Source: Chrysomallon squamiferum | Lineage: Eukaryota > Animalia > Mollusca | Length of the DNA: 64,000 bases | Assembly (NCBI GenBank): GCA_012295275.1 | Contig: CM022679.1 | Location: forward strand, 7,936,001-8,000,000 | Direction of reading: 5' to 3' | Program-made: the position numbers and the translations under genes | In this document: piece after piece, positions 47,626 to 63,700 of the stretch | How the letters are laid out: every line of letters begins with the position of its first letter | How positions within the stretch are numbered: position 1 is the stretch's first letter | Notes under the pieces: generated by a model | The model's database searches: none | The model's input: the letters and a program-made list of their open reading frames with translations, nothing else | Told to the model about the DNA's origin: nothing

Positions 47626-50600
47626 TTGAACTCTTTGTTAATTTCCAATATGTAACAATAATGAAACAAAAAACAAACAAAAAATGTCCAATACATATTA
47701 ATATACATATTATGGTATAAATAAAACATTTATTAATTATCTTGGAATAATTAATATCATTAAAATTTCGGTCGAGAAATCAAAAACATTTACTGATAAA
47801 AATTGTACATCTTTCTTGTGTTATTTGAATAATAAATATATCTTGAATAGTTTTCATTAAAATTGTTTTAGTTATAAGTTTATTTGTATATAATATAACA
47901 TAAGTTAGTGAATCCCAAGTCTCAAATTTTTCATGTTTAAATGTTTCAAATCCAAACAAATCAAGTAAAACAAAAATATTCTCAACTTAACTGTAAGTAA
48001 ATATATTTATAATGTGTTTTATCCATCAGTCATGGAAGGCACATTTTGACTAAGTTAAATAAACATAAAAATAAAGAATATAAAAAAAATAATTTTTACC
48101 TGTTTTTTATGTGAAATAATAAATGTGTCTTTAAGTATCTCTCAGATTAATTTTCAGACATTTTCAATGATTATTGTGGAATGTTAAGTAAAAATAAAAA
48201 TACACCAAATCAACTCTGTATGTGAGAATAACTATATTAAACCAGAAACATATTCATCAATACTACCAGCAGTACTTTTTACAAATATTATTACAATTAT
48301 CCAGATACACTAAAAACAAGTGTTATAATCAGATCTACATAAACAGTAGATGATCTGAAGTTCAGATTTAAGACGGTGAATCTACACAAATAAAAACTAT
48401 ATCTGTACTGTCAATGTCAGACTACTTGGAATATGGAAAATGATCTCCTGTATTTGTTTTATGAGCTTTATACCATAAATATGTTTTATAAATATTATTT
48501 CTCGGACTACTTTTACAAAGAAAACTGGAAAAAGTATTTGACTGATTTGTAAGGGGAAATTTTAATAAAAAATAGACAAACAAAGTGGACACTTTGATTG
48601 TTTATCAATGGCATATATAAATATATTGTGTAGCACATTGAACATCATAGAGGTAATGATATGTTAAGATTAACCAATACTAGTAAATAAAATAGGTTTT
48701 GGAAACCAACAAAAATGTGAAACATTGGGAAAAAAAAGAGAAAAATAGTTTTTAAGGGTATATTTGATGAACTGTATGTTCATAACATAAACAACAAAAA
48801 ATATTTTTGCAAATAAATAAAAAATTTAAACAGTTCTAAGAACCACTAGTAAATAAAATAATTACTATACCAAAGAGTGTATAAATATAACAGAGCAAAA
48901 ACAGTGTAAATAAGTGTACATAAAAATAATACTTACATTATATTAATTCTACAGTATATTTCCACAAATTATATGATCAAAAAATGAAAATCTCAGTAAT
49001 TTAATTTTTTTGAATAAAGGATTCACTGACATGGTGAGTACACAAAAACAAACAATTATTTATATATTTGTAAAGTTCAATTTTCAAGTAAATTGTTCCC
49101 TGACATTCAGTTATATTTCTTACAGATACCATACCATTTAATCTGACAAGTGATTTAATAGGAGATAATCCAAATTTCTGGATCAAGGCTTATTATATTT
49201 AAAAAATAAACCAAACAATGAAAAATAAAATGCAAATTAATATACTTATAAATTAGGTTATCTGGAAGCATATAAATGATCTTGTACTTACATATATAAA
49301 TATATTATAATTATAATTATAATTATTATTATTATTAATAGTAGTAGCAGTAGAATAGTAAATTAACTCTGTTGGTTTCTACGTATGATGTAATTCACAT
49401 TAACCAACAAGATAACAAGATCTTATTTTTACTTAATATACATCTACTTTTTATTTTTCTTTATTAATGAGTTATTTGAAAATGTAATGAATATGGATAT
49501 ATATATATATATATATTCCCCACCCCCAATGTCTGTTATTTAATTCACTATATTTTAAAATCAAAGAGTTAAATTAATGCACAGAATATGTTTATGTCAC
49601 CAATGCATTAATTTGACAACATATTTGTTTTTGTTAAATAGGCCTAAAAGAAATCAGACTTCTATATAATTCCATATGTAGTTCAGACCAATATGCATCT
49701 GGAGAAGAAAAGAAGAATAAGAAAATGTATTAACCACTGTTGCACTAGTTAATTTCTTGAAGTGGTGTGATGGTGTGTTATTTTATACATGCATTAATTT
49801 CATAGTTTACAGTATATTCTTTTTTATTTTTCATATTATTTATCCGAAGTGCTAAATAACAGCCTACGAGAGTGAAATAATGTGTGATAAAAAATAAACA
49901 TTTATAATCACTATTTCCTGGATTTCAAACAGTGTATCTAACCAACATTAACTCTACAATAAGACATTCCACATTCATCCAGGATTAGATATATGTGCTG
50001 TGTGCCAAATATACAGAAAATGACCACTCACAATGAGAAAATTCAATTTTTTGTTTCTTCAGATATTTATTTGCTTTTATTGCAAATAATAAAACAAACC
50101 CCACCTAAACAAAACTGGATGCCTAACTGAAAAAAAAAATACAGTTATTGAATCTAGCAAAAAAAACAACAACAACAAAAAGTAAATAAATAAATAAAAC
50201 AATAGTAATACGATTTAAAGTTGGACCACTGTGATTGTCAGGGATCCAGAATGAAGTAAACAAAATGAAATGCTTTGTAAATAAAATGTACAAGATCTGG
50301 CTACAATTTTGCATAAAAAATACTAAAAAAAAAAAAAAAAAAAAAAAAAGAATGTCAGTGTCATATATTATATCGAATGATGCTTTACATCTTTAGCATA
50401 AACAATATATTTTTTTTCCATTGTCTACATTTTCCATCAATTTGTATCCTAAAGCAATAATTATCAAATTCGGATAATTCTGTAATTTCAGAACTTGAAG
50501 AGAAGAAGACGTTTCTAACAGAAAAAAACCCAAACAACAACAAACAAAAACAAATTACATAAAAAATAAAATAAAATAAAATAATAATAATACAAAAAAT

Positions 50601-53261
50601 ATTAAGTCTGCTTATTAATTTTCTAAAGCATGTATATGTATGTATCCTGAATATAGCTAAAGTATCTATGAATCGTAACAGACTAGACAGAAACTGGTTA
50701 GCAGTAATATTATAGAGTAAATAATTAAACTTAGTCATGGTTAATTTGAGTCAACAAATAATAATGAAATGACTTCAATGGTTGACTAGATTAGATTATA
50801 TTAATGTTTATAAGTAAAAGTGAAAATGATGAGCTTTTATTTTATAACAGTTAATGATGACGATGACAAAATGTATAAGTGAAAGAAGGTGAAGGGAAGA
50901 CAACAGTAAGATATTCATTAATACAATTAGATTTTATAAATTAGTAAATAAAGACTTTTGTTTCAGTTTTATGAATCAACCCATAACTGAATGCACATCA
51001 GTTAGTCAGAGAAATGACTGATTTTTAAAAAAATCACTGTAGCACTTTTTTTTACTTTGTCATGGATTATATTTATTTATTTATTTCCAATATTTAATAT
51101 GGTTATGCACAAACATGTCAGCAGCCAAACTGTTCTGAAAAATTTATCAACTTTTTTTTACACATATTAAATTTTGTTTATTCTATTTCTTAATTCCAGG
51201 GGTTATATTATTAGACTGCATTATGCATTTAATATTGAAAAAACAACAACATAAAAACAATAAAAATAATATAATAAAAGATGTTACTTCTGATACTGAG
51301 ATATTAGTTATGTTACTAACACCAAAGGGACATCATCAATACAAATATATTTTAAGATATTATCACATGACACATTCCCAATATTTAAATAAGAAAGGTC
51401 TGTAACAAGTAATTACAATCCAGCTGATAAAACAGTCCTGTGTTAAGTAGTTGTATGGAAAATAATATTGTGATTATTAGTATTATTAGTATTATTGTAA
51501 GAATTTAAAAAACACATTATATAAACTTCTAAAAAATTAAAAATTACTCAAGCTATACATTTAGCATTTCAGAGATAACAAAACAGGATAATTATTTTTG
51601 GAAGCAAACTAATTTAAGATCTGCACCAACATCAAAAGGTAACCATAAAATAATTTTGAAATATTATTATTTGGCAGTTTTGGCAGCAGTTTCAGTTTTG
51701 TGAGGTAAATGTTTGGCTTAGTTCTTGTGAAAATCTATTTTATCAAGACAAAACACACAGATATAGCTTCTGATAAAATATCAGGAAGATTTCTAAGATA
51801 AGTATGAAAATGATTACAATGGTTACTGAATGAATTACAAATTAGTTACAGAGAAATAGAGAAAAAGAGAAGAATCTGATTTATAAAATTCTATTTTATG
51901 TAATGACAACAATAAGAATATTAATAATAAAAAGAATAAATAAGTAAATAAATATATAAATAAATAATGATGATAATAATAATAATAATAATAATATATT
52001 GAACACCTCAATGAATAGAGATTGTGTATCACTATTATAATGGATGAAAAAGACTGAAATGAAAGCAAAATTATAACTAACAAGCATTTGTCACTAAAAT
52101 AAAATACAAGTTACAAACAATATCATTATTTTAACCAACTGCCCAAACTACAATGAAAAAAACAAAACTGAAACACCCCCCAACAATAATAAAATATCAC
52201 TATGAAAAGCAGCAGTAATAAAATAATAAAATTGCACGTTTTAACTGCAGTGCAGAAAAAAAAAAAAAAAAAAAAACCTGCCGAAATATTAATGCAAAGT
52301 CATGTTGTAACAATAACCTGTTCAAAAGTCTACACTTGTTAGTGTTATGTAACATCATTTAGAAAATTAAACTGGAATCTCCAGTGTGTGTACAAGACAA
52401 CAGATCAAATATTAAAACAAACAAAAATAAAAGAAAATGTCAAAATTAACTTAACAACAATCAACTGATCAGCAAATACAGGTCTTCTCTATATACATGA
52501 TTTGGAACGGTATTATAGTATCAATACATTGAGGGGTTAGTGCCAGACAGTCAACTGAACAGAAATAAACTTATAATCACCCACATATGTCAAATTCTCA
52601 ATATAAAATTGATGTTATATTTTCAATAAAAAATATATATTATACTTTCACTATATTACAGAAGTAATTTTAAAAAGTTATAATCATCAAGGTTTGTTAT
52701 ATTTTCAATATACAGTGGATGTTTTATTTTCAGTACACAGTGGCTGTTATATTCTCATAATACAATTATGTCATATTGTAAATTGGCTATTTCATTTTCC
52801 TTAAATTAAAAAGAAACCAAACTATTTAGGTCCCTTTCTAACCCTGAACAACATGGGGTGAAGTCAGACAAATATTTGGTATTTTCATTCATAATGTGAC
52901 TTAAAAGAAAAGCATCTTCTAATGTATGGTAAGTAAGACTGAAATGAGTGGAATCCTGTGACCATTTCAAATAACATTAACTTAAATATGAGGGCTCATT
53001 GTGTTTAGAATTCATAATGTGTAACCTAAACAAACTGTGCCTGGAGGTCTTATGGCTCATCATTTACAAAATAAGATGGAAGACATGGTCTCTTAGTGTT
53101 AGTGCAAATTTAAGTAGGGATGCTCACACAACATCTTTTTCAAAACAGATGATTATTATTCATGTCAGACCTCAAAGATATTTCCAAAAGTGTCTCATTA
53201 TAAGAACTTCATCTTTAAACAAAATCAGCTGAAAAATTAAAAACATTAAATAATTTAAGAA

Positions 53262-53300
<39 letters not shown>

Positions 53301-55432
53301 CATAAAATTAAAAAAGTTAAATCTGCAGTTAGTAAAAAGAAAATTCTGAATCTGGTGATGCAGAAATAATATCACTATCTCCTTACAGAAAATATTCATC
53401 AAAGAATTAAATATTTCAGTTTATGTACCAAAAAAGAGATAAGTTCTTTCTTTACAACAAATGCAATTAAAAGTAAAAGAAAATAATTCATCATCCACCA
53501 CTAAATAAAGATAAAACACCACAAAGAAAATATTCTACACTGCAAGGATATTTCCATGTTTGTGCTAACACATCAGAGCTTCAAAATTCAAAATTTATAG
53601 CTTGCAATATCATTGCTTTAGTTTGGATATTTTTCTTAAAAACAATGATTATGGCATAATCATCCTTTTCTACAAAACAACAATGATCTCTTAGTACTGA
53701 CGTGTGAAAAAAATAAAAATAAAGATCAAATAATATAAGTATAGTTGCACAGTCCACAACAAGAAATCTGAGAAACAATACACATCATTTTATGGAGAAA
53801 ACAAATTGTAGCATACAACTGTATTTTAATGAAATGAAGGCCACTGTTAAGAATTCAAAAACTCCTTTTAAAGATTGTCAACCAATTCAACAAAAGGCAA
53901 GTCTAGGTATAAATAGCATAACAAAGAATATAGTTTTTCTGTGGCTATTTAGATAATTTAGAGATCTCTTTTAAAAATAACTGTCCTCTATAAAAAAATA
54001 AATAAAAATAATATTTTGCCCTGAAGGTTATAATTTATCATTACAAAGAAAACACCCAAGAATACTGATCTCACCAACAATCTTAATGTTTAACATTAAA
54101 TTCACTATTTTGACATATTTTCTAACACTGAGGTAAAACAGAAATAACTGCTTCTGGCACTAACCCCTTGACATGATTGTATTTTACATATATGCATTTA
54201 TAAATAAATCAGATAATTTTTATTTCTATTTTACAACATGATCTTTTTTTTTTTGCTAAGGCTAAGAATATGTAATTAACAGTAGCACATCTAGTATGTG
54301 GATACAGATTAATATCTATACAACAATGATAATGAAGTATGGAAGATAGAGTAACAACAGACTGATACACAGATGTTTAACACAGAAATCAACAATAGTA
54401 ACATGATTAACATTTAAAACTGATATTCAGTGTACAGCTGCCATTCACTGAGACTAGACAGGAATATTTCATTTTAATTCTAAGGAAGAACTTTTCATAG
54501 TCAGTAATAATCCAAAAAATTTGCAGATTCTTTTAATCTATTTTTGAACTATATACATTATATATACTTTAACATTAAAACAAGATTACCCAATTCCACA
54601 ACAAATATAATTACGTGAATGAATGAACAGATAAAACAAACGTTCTATAAAACCGAATTGTTTTAACATGTACATTCAGTAAATAAGTAGACAAGAAAAA
54701 AAAAAGTGTAAAAAATGTAGATAAATAAATAAATGCAAATGATGTCAATTTTATTTTAGCATTATCTTTTTGTATATGTTTTTTAAATATATATTTTAAA
54801 ATTACTATATATATATATATATATATATATACAAATTTAAATTTAGCATAAAAACTGTTTTTTGAACAAGCCATGTTTTAACTGTCCCTGCTTTAGACAT
54901 TGTAAATTACAATTATTACTTTATTGTTATTACTTAATAAATTCTGAAAAACAATGGATTAGCAAAGATAAATAAATACAAGTCAGTTTAATGAGGCCAT
55001 ACCTGTTATTACACTGTGAAGCCAAGTTATTTTAAATCTAAATGTATCTGATGAATTTGCTAATTTTACTCTTGTGAAATCTCATAAATCTGCTAACAGT
55101 CTGTGAACTGATAATCATGTGCATTCAAATTACACTGTAAAATTCAGCTAACATATCTTTAAAACAAACACTTGCATGAATTAGCTGCTTGAAAGGCTTT
55201 GAAACATTTTTTTGTTGTTTTAAAATATATTTACTTCTTTAGTATATTTTCAATAGAAAATAATAATTTGTTATAAAAAAAAAAAAAAATCAAAATAATA
55301 ATAATAATAAACAATAAAATTACTGAATAAGACAAAACAACCTCTCTGTAATTGGTATGGCCCCATATAAAGCAGTAAAACAGTATTAAATCTCTCTTTT
55401 AAGATATTACACTATTTGTCAATCTTTGGTTT

Positions 55433-58400
55433 TTACATGGCTGGTGAGCTGGGGTTGCTGTTGTAGGGACACACCTCATCATCTCTGTGGCCAATGCAGT
55501 ATACGATGGGGACATGTCCACTGTCCCACATACCTGAGCCGCAATGAATGCAGAGGCCACTCAAACTACATGGAATCTTTCTCTTCTTTCGAAACTGATG
55601 TAATAAACCTCGAGCCTGAAATAATTAAACAATTAATTATTTTAATTTTTAGTAAAAATCAATTTAATTAAAACTTTATTAAATAACACTAACTGACAAC
55701 AGTTTGTTGGAATATCAGTATGCATTTTGATGCTAGGTGAATATCTAATTTAGGCACTAAATCAGTCTGACTTGTTACAAAACAGATTATTTAGATTGGA
55801 TATCATCAGTTTATTTAGCAGATGTACATAATATTAAAATGAATAACTTCTTCAGATTTTTTTTTTATTAATTTATTTTGACATAATATGGCTGTTTGAT
55901 TTTGACAAAATGAAAAGCAGAATCCAGGGCATTTTTGTTCTATCTACAATTAAACTTATTTCATTTTGATAGCTATATACATTACAGTAATTGTCTCCAC
56001 TTTCTGAAATCCCATATACAATAATAATAATAATAGTAATAATAATATAATAATGATGAAAAGGGCTTGAATCGCATCTGAAATATATGATGGCCCAAAC
56101 AAAAATTCATGTTATAACTTACAGAAAAAAAAAGACGTCAAAATAAAAAAATTTGGGTGATTAAAACCATAATTTTGTTAACATTCCAGTTGCCCAACAG
56201 AATTTTGCTCACATTTAGCGATCTGGCAACTGGCCATTTTGAGCCCTGCACTTAAGTACATTGAAGATAATTTTAGTACTGACAATCACCACAACTTACC
56301 TTTCTAAGAACTATATCACCATTCATGTGCATGGCCAAACTGCTGAAGTGTAACAGCATCTCATCAGATGCCAGTCCCTGTTCAATGATGTCCTCACCAT
56401 AGATAGCAACAATGGCGACACAGATAAAGAGATGGAAGTAGTCGGTTTGATAGTGTGCCCAGCAAGGTTTCCCAAATACGCAGAGCAGAAGCTTCAGGAA
56501 ATTCTCTTTTGAAACACAGCAAGATCCACCTAAAGTTTCAGAAAGAAAAAAGAAACAAATTTTAAAAACATTATAAAACAGAGCTCATTTTATATGGTTA
56601 AGCAGGATAAAATCTTTAGAAAATGTATGAATCTGATAAAATATTTTAAGAAGCAATATGAAAGTATCATTATTTAAGAAATTTTAACACTAAATGAGAA
56701 TGTTATATCCATAGCTAAATAATCATTTCCAGCCATATGTAAACACTTTGGATGTCGAATTTTTGTGATGATAAATTACTGCAGATCACTCTCCCCAAAT
56801 ACATCTTTAATATTTCAGTTGTCTCCCTTTGTGATTATTACTTAAACTGTACTATTATACACCATCTACACCTGTATATTTCTGTTAACTCAAAGAAAGA
56901 AAGGAAACAGTAGAATTTTTAAGCTGCATGAACAGAGCAGAAAGGTTTACCTGTGACAAAACAGTAACTCCATGGCATCATCACTTAGTTTCTCAAGGTG
57001 TGCAAAGAATTTTGGTTGCATGAGATGAATTAACTCTCGCAGGTAATTCTGCATTTAAAAAACAAAAAATAATTATGCCTATTAACATTTAGTTATTATA
57101 TTAACATATTTTTTCAAATTTTGTCTCATTTATATTTAACGTGTTATTTTCAAAGTATGTTTCTAATAAAGAGATCAAAATATTAAATATATATTCTTTT
57201 AATCCAGTTGATGTTTTGCTGATATCCATGTGCAGTACTATTTACAAAATAAATTACACTTTGGCATGGATGCAAGTTAACTTTTATTAAACTTATAAAC
57301 GTGGTCACTAGCTATCACTTATAGACTGAATGTTTTCAGTTTCCCAGAACTATAACAGAAAACAAGTGATAACAAAAATATATAAGACATTTTGGAAACA
57401 TAATCGCAGACTAAATTACCAATTATTAACACAAAAATCACAAACTGAAAAGAAAAACAGATAATGAAAACAAACAAAAAAGAAGAAAATAACTTTAAAC
57501 AGAATACTCACAAGTTGTTTGTCCATATCGCTGTCTTTGGGCGAGCTTACGAAAATAGTGCGTTGCATCAAGCCTACAAAACACCAGTAGGCATCCACTT
57601 CATTTTGTATCTCTGCTAACACTGGGGCAAGCAAGTCAGACATTCCCTGAGTGTAGCCCATCCAGGGATTAGCCACAGCATAGTTCAACAAGATGGCTCT
57701 GAAATAGATAAACAAGTATTAATAATCTGTGTTATTATTTTTTATTTATAATATAATCTTAACTGCTTCCAAACAGAATTCATTTCCAGATAAAATAATG
57801 AATATCTAAAAATACCAATCCAGTAGTTTTAGAAAAACTGGATTTATTTGTTAATCTTTTATTATGTGTTGGGACCAGAATGTATTACATGAGAAATACG
57901 TAATGCATCATGTAGCATGTTTAAGCCATAACTTCTACTCTTGATTTCTTATACAAGTACAATTTTATAGGAAAATAAATATATATAATGGTATTAATAA
58001 ATAAGTATTTTGCTGTTGTCCTTTTATACAAAAGATTATTCTGAAAAACAAACCTTCTCAAAACGTAAAAGCTAAAGATCCTAATTGTCTTTAAATGCCA
58101 TTTCAGCAGTTCACAATTATGCTATGTATCTTATAAATTACTATGAATTAACTAGATAAACTATTCCAAGTTTACAAGACAAAACCTTACTTTAAGACTT
58201 CTATGTTGGGGTTGTTTTCACCACAGAAGTAAGGATGACTGCGATCAGTTCTTACAACATCTTTCTCCACAGTACACTGGATGGTTCGCCAAAACTTGTC
58301 TCTTTCTTGTTCTGTCATGGATTCTCTTCAAAACACAAACCAATAAATGCATCAGCTCGACATGCTTTGACTGGTCTTAATTTGATAAATAAATGAATGT

Positions 58401-60660
58401 TTAATAAACATCTTAACACATTTTGATGTTATTTATTATGAGTTATAATGACAGAAATCCTGTTGCTGTTATTGCATATTACAGACTAAAAAGTTACACA
58501 GAGCTACTGAAAATTGACTAATTAAATACCTCATTTTTCTTATGTTTTGATATTCAATGTACTTGTCATTTCGGATTTGCTCCTGTTCATCAAAAGTTGA
58601 AGAAAATGGATAATAGTGCAGCAGGAAAGGCCAAGCTTCATGGCGCAATGATGGATCCAGACCTCCAAAAAATATTGCCTTTAATAAGAATAAAAACAAT
58701 CTTAATTCTCTGAACAAACATATATGTACATTGATGCATGAACTTGTAAAAATATAAATATAATTTACACAATATATATTTTTAAACATGACAATGAAAT
58801 GTCATATAGTTCTTGGTTAGTGTGGGGGTCTCTGGTTTGGTGTCTCAAAGGATCAACAGTCCTAGAGAAACCATGAATTTTCCTGTCTGTGTCAAAGTAA
58901 AAATAAATAAAAGTAGCTGACAGGACAGGTGTAGCAGTTTTTGTCAACTTGAGTTGATAGTACATAAAGAGCATATTTTGATCAATTATCTACAATTATG
59001 AATGGTTGGAATGGGAAAAAGAAAAGGACAGTGCTTAAACCTGAAAAGTACAGCCTGCTTGCACACATGAGATAGAGAGAGAGAGAGAGAGACACACACA
59101 CAGACAGACAGTCAGACAGACAGACAGACAGACAGAGAGAGAGGGAGAAAAGTGTACTGCAGTGTATTTCACCTTTCTCAGCTGAAAATCATCTTCAATT
59201 GATCCATTTGGCATTAAATGTTGTTTCCAGATTTCTTCTGTAACTTCAGAAAACTGCCCTTCTTCTGGATGACACTGATCATCAGTGATCTGTGGTTTAA
59301 CCACAAGAAACTGCCGATATGGAACATCACTTTCTCTTGTCTACAAAAAAAAGCATTAACAAAACAATTTTAAAATTAATTACTCAGTTTTCAATATCAC
59401 TGGTAAAATTATTTTTAGTAATTTACATATACCAAGTGTAAAAAACCTTAAATTTATAAAGACAGAAAATTAAATATATTGAAAATTAAAAAATAAAAAG
59501 GAAGTAAAGAATGAGAGGTATTATTAAAATCTTGGGGTGCTTCTTACAACTGTGTAACAGAAGTTTATAAAAAGCATTAAACAGAAACATCCAATGAAAG
59601 TTATTTGGATCCTTTTTACATTTTAAAACAAAATGAATAGTTTATTCCTCAGTTGCATAAAAAAAAAAAAAAAAAAAAAATTAAAATAAAGAATAATACA
59701 ATGTAAAAATTAAAATGTAGAAATAATTATAAAGCACTAAATGAAAAGAATTTTCATTAAAGACAGAAGACTTTTTTCTTACCAAGCATCTTACCTTCTC
59801 TTTAGATTTGGCAAAGAGACTCCAGTCTTCAAAAATCTGTGCCAGCTTGTCCAGTCCACCATTATGGAAGTGTAGAATCTTGTACTGACTCTCTCTACTG
59901 GCTATCACAACCTGGCCTCGGGTACATTCAGAATCACTGTAGAATAACCTCAGTGACCTCATCTGACCTACAGGATGATAATTATAACATATGTGGTAAC
60001 AGTATATAGTTTGTGAGATAAAGGAATTGTCTGATAAGCCAGAACATACTGTCTCTCCATATTATTATTTATGGTCACTGCTTATAATAAATTTTAAAAT
60101 TTGAATGAAAAAAAAAGTAATAAAGCTACCTTCACCAACCTGCATTAAATAACTATATTAAATTTTTATTTTAAAACGTTACTTTATGTATTTTTTGTGG
60201 GAGTGAATCACAAGTAAGAACAGAGAGAATAAACTTTGCTGTATAATATACCTTTTAAACTAATATTTTTCTTTTTTGTCTTACATCAAGAAATCATATT
60301 TAAAAATATTTATTCTGTTGCATGATCAGTTAGATGACTGGCTGATTCACATACTAGCAAACACAATGTCATTAACTAACTGATTTGGGGTATCAGCCAA
60401 AAATGAAAAATGAATCAGAAAAATGAAGATGATGACAATTATGACAATGTCAAATAAAACACACACTTGGTATTTAACAGTTTCTTGGGGTTTTTTCCCC
60501 TACTTTTTGTTTAAAATCTCCCATTACTTCTATGAAATTGTTTACAATACATCCTTAATTTGGTTGTGCATGACTGAATATTAGATGCATTCAGATGTAA
60601 CCTTTATTATAAACAGCAGGTATCAGTAATAATAAAAAATAACAATAATAATAATAATAA

Positions 60661-60720
<60 letters not shown>

Positions 60721-63700
60721 TTACCAAGATCAACAGAAAAGACTCCACACAACTGTTCCTTGGCACTTCTCTTTTCTTTCTTCCCACTGCTGAAAGTCAG
60801 TGAATTGTCTGGAAAAGTCATGTTGTGACTGAAACTCAGAGAACCACTGCTACTATCTGGTGATTCTGGAGACACTGGTTGGTGGGTTGGTGAGTTGGGT
60901 GCAGATTCAGCATCTGATGTGTATGGCGATGGTGGCTGGGAATCAGGGCCTGATGTTGTAGTTGAGGAAGATGATAAGTTTCTAACTCGTGTGACAGAAA
61001 TGTCTGGTGTTAATATTGGAGTGTTTGGTGGAGGGACAGTGAGGTTGTCCAGATCTAGATCACCTGGGACAGTTAGCCCTGAGTGTGATGCAGGATAAAC
61101 CTTCTGTCCTTCGCTCTGAAACATTAAGTCATGTTTTCGTAAAAGTTCCTCTCTCAGTTCACTGATAACTGTCTGTCCGCTTGTTTCTGATGGTGAAGGG
61201 TTGTTAGATTCTGAGCTGACACTGCCAGACTCAGGGGAACTACTTGTATCAAACTTACTTTCGTTAGTGTATGTGTTTTTATCAAACAGATCTGTCCTAG
61301 TCTCGTTGGAATTATTACCATCCACTTCTTCTGTGACCACAACAAGCCTTTCTCCTTCCATCTCAATACTCACTGATTTGTTAGAATCTGTTCTTTCTCT
61401 GGCCTTAGTGTGCAATTTGTTTCGATTCAACATTGCTGCCAACTGTTCTTCAGAGGTAAAACCATCAGTATTTGGCACCACACCAAGATCATCTTTACTC
61501 AGCACATACTGGTGTTCAGCATTACTCTTGTTACTTTTATCCACAGTCAAGTCATTCACGTGGATTCCTATGACATTCTTTTTCACACCACCGTGGACCA
61601 TTTTCTCATTGTTCTGAATGTAAGAAGTCACTATTTCATCTGAACCAATCCCTGAATCAGCAGCAGACTTGTTACTGGAGCTATGTCTGTGTCCATCTCG
61701 ATGAACCTCCTCAGCAGGATTCCAGCTTCCAATGCTGACATCTTCCTCACGAGAACAAGCAGACAGCTCTGAACTCAAGCTGGTGTTGTCTGTGCTTTGT
61801 TTCTTTTTGTGTGAAAAAGTTCTCTCCACCCCATTAACCATTCCCAAATCACCCATTACACTGGAGTCTCCTGGTGATTCACTAGGGGATGGGGTGGGTT
61901 CGTTCGACTTGGAATATTCTTGTCTTGGTGTTCTTTTTGGACTGGGTCTAGGAGTGTTTCCTTTTGAACAGTTAGGGCTGTTTTCAATACTGCGAGGGTT
62001 TTTCTTTAAAGACAGGTTTGGGATCCATGTTAGAAGAAGAGTTGGACCAGCAACCTAAAATAAAAAAGAAAATAAACGTTTAATAAGTAATAAATAAATT
62101 TTGAAATTTAAATACAATTTTTAAAAGATTTTAAAAAATATTTTTGAAACAATGATAAAAAATAAATAAATAAATAAATAAATAAAAAACATTAATAAAT
62201 AGATATATAACTTTTTTTTTTAAACTTGCATTTTTAAAGTAAAGCATAATTTTTTTTAAATAAAACATGAAATTCAGCCTGTTTCAAAAATTAACTCTTG
62301 TCATTTATCTATATTTTTTATTATTCACCTTTAGATAACTAACATCATAAAGGGAAAATGCTGAATCAGTATGCAAAGATACAAAAAATTAACATATCGT
62401 TTGAACTTTTTTTTTTTTTTTTTTTAAATTATTTATTCCAATAAATTATTATTTAATCTTAATAAATTGCATATGGTGCCAGGCTATCAAGTAAAAAAAA
62501 AAAAAAAAAAAAATAAAAACAACAGCTGCTAACATTCTCAAATCATTGCAAGGTTTGCAAAACAAATGGAATTTAATTTGATCTGTAACAAGCTTTAAAT
62601 ATATGCCTGTATGATATTCTGTAAACATTATAAAAAAAATTGTAAAAACTGTATATAAGAAGAAACTGTTTTTGGGAAATACACACAGCCCAAAACATAA
62701 AAAAATAGATAGATAGATAGATTATAAATAAATAAATAAATAAATAAAAGGGGAAAAAAGGGAAAATAGATATAAATATGAGGAAGACAGGAGAGAAAGT
62801 AACACATATAACAGTTTTTGAACTATGAATATATGACATCACAAAATAAAAATAAAAATAAATAAAATAAAAATGAAAATAAATAAAATAATATAAAATA
62901 AAATAAAATAAAATAAAATTAAATTAAATTAAATTAAATTAAATTAAACTAGAAAAAAGAGGACAACAAAGAAATATTTCACATTTTTAATAAATGGCTT
63001 ACTGGCATTTAAATTTGGTCAATACCAGTTATATACCAGAGAGAAAATAAAATAGAACTAGATAAATGAAGACAGATATAAATAACAGAAGTCAAGAAGG
63101 AAATATATCAATTTTTAATAATAAATTTGGTAAATACCTTTTACATACTGAGAGAAAATAAAACAGAAATAGAAAAAAGAATATATACATAAATAACGTA
63201 AGTCAAGAAAGAAATATTGGAGTTTTTAATAAATGGTTTAATGGCATCATAAATTTGGTAAATACCAGCTATATTCTGAGAAAAAAAAAAAAAATGTTTC
63301 AGTGTCAATAAATATTCTTTTTTCATTTAACAACAAGGAATTTTCTTCTTGTTTTAAAAATATATTGCCATAGACAATAAAACCCACAGCCATGATACTG
63401 TAGCCTAAGTTGTCCAATGGGAGCAATCAGTTTAAGTGATACTGAGACCAATCATGGCTTTACCTCAATGCCATGGTCCTGTATCCAAAAAAAAAAAAAA
63501 AAAAAAATAAAAAAAAAATAAAAAAAAAGTAAATAAATAAAAAAAAAATATGAATAAACAAATAAAAATAAAAAAAAAATAAAATAAATAAATAAATAAT
63601 ACTGATAAAAAAAAAAAAAAAAAAAAAAAAATAATAATAATAATAAAAGTAACAAAACATATATTAACAATAAAAAATAAAATAAAAAAAAAGAAAATTT

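Noticed and set aside
60895-62058. Plus-strand ORFs over TBC1D16 exon 2; similar antisense ORFs at 139-351, 38486-38854, 42821-43252 and 55426-55671
   Set aside because: Antisense shadows of real coding exons.
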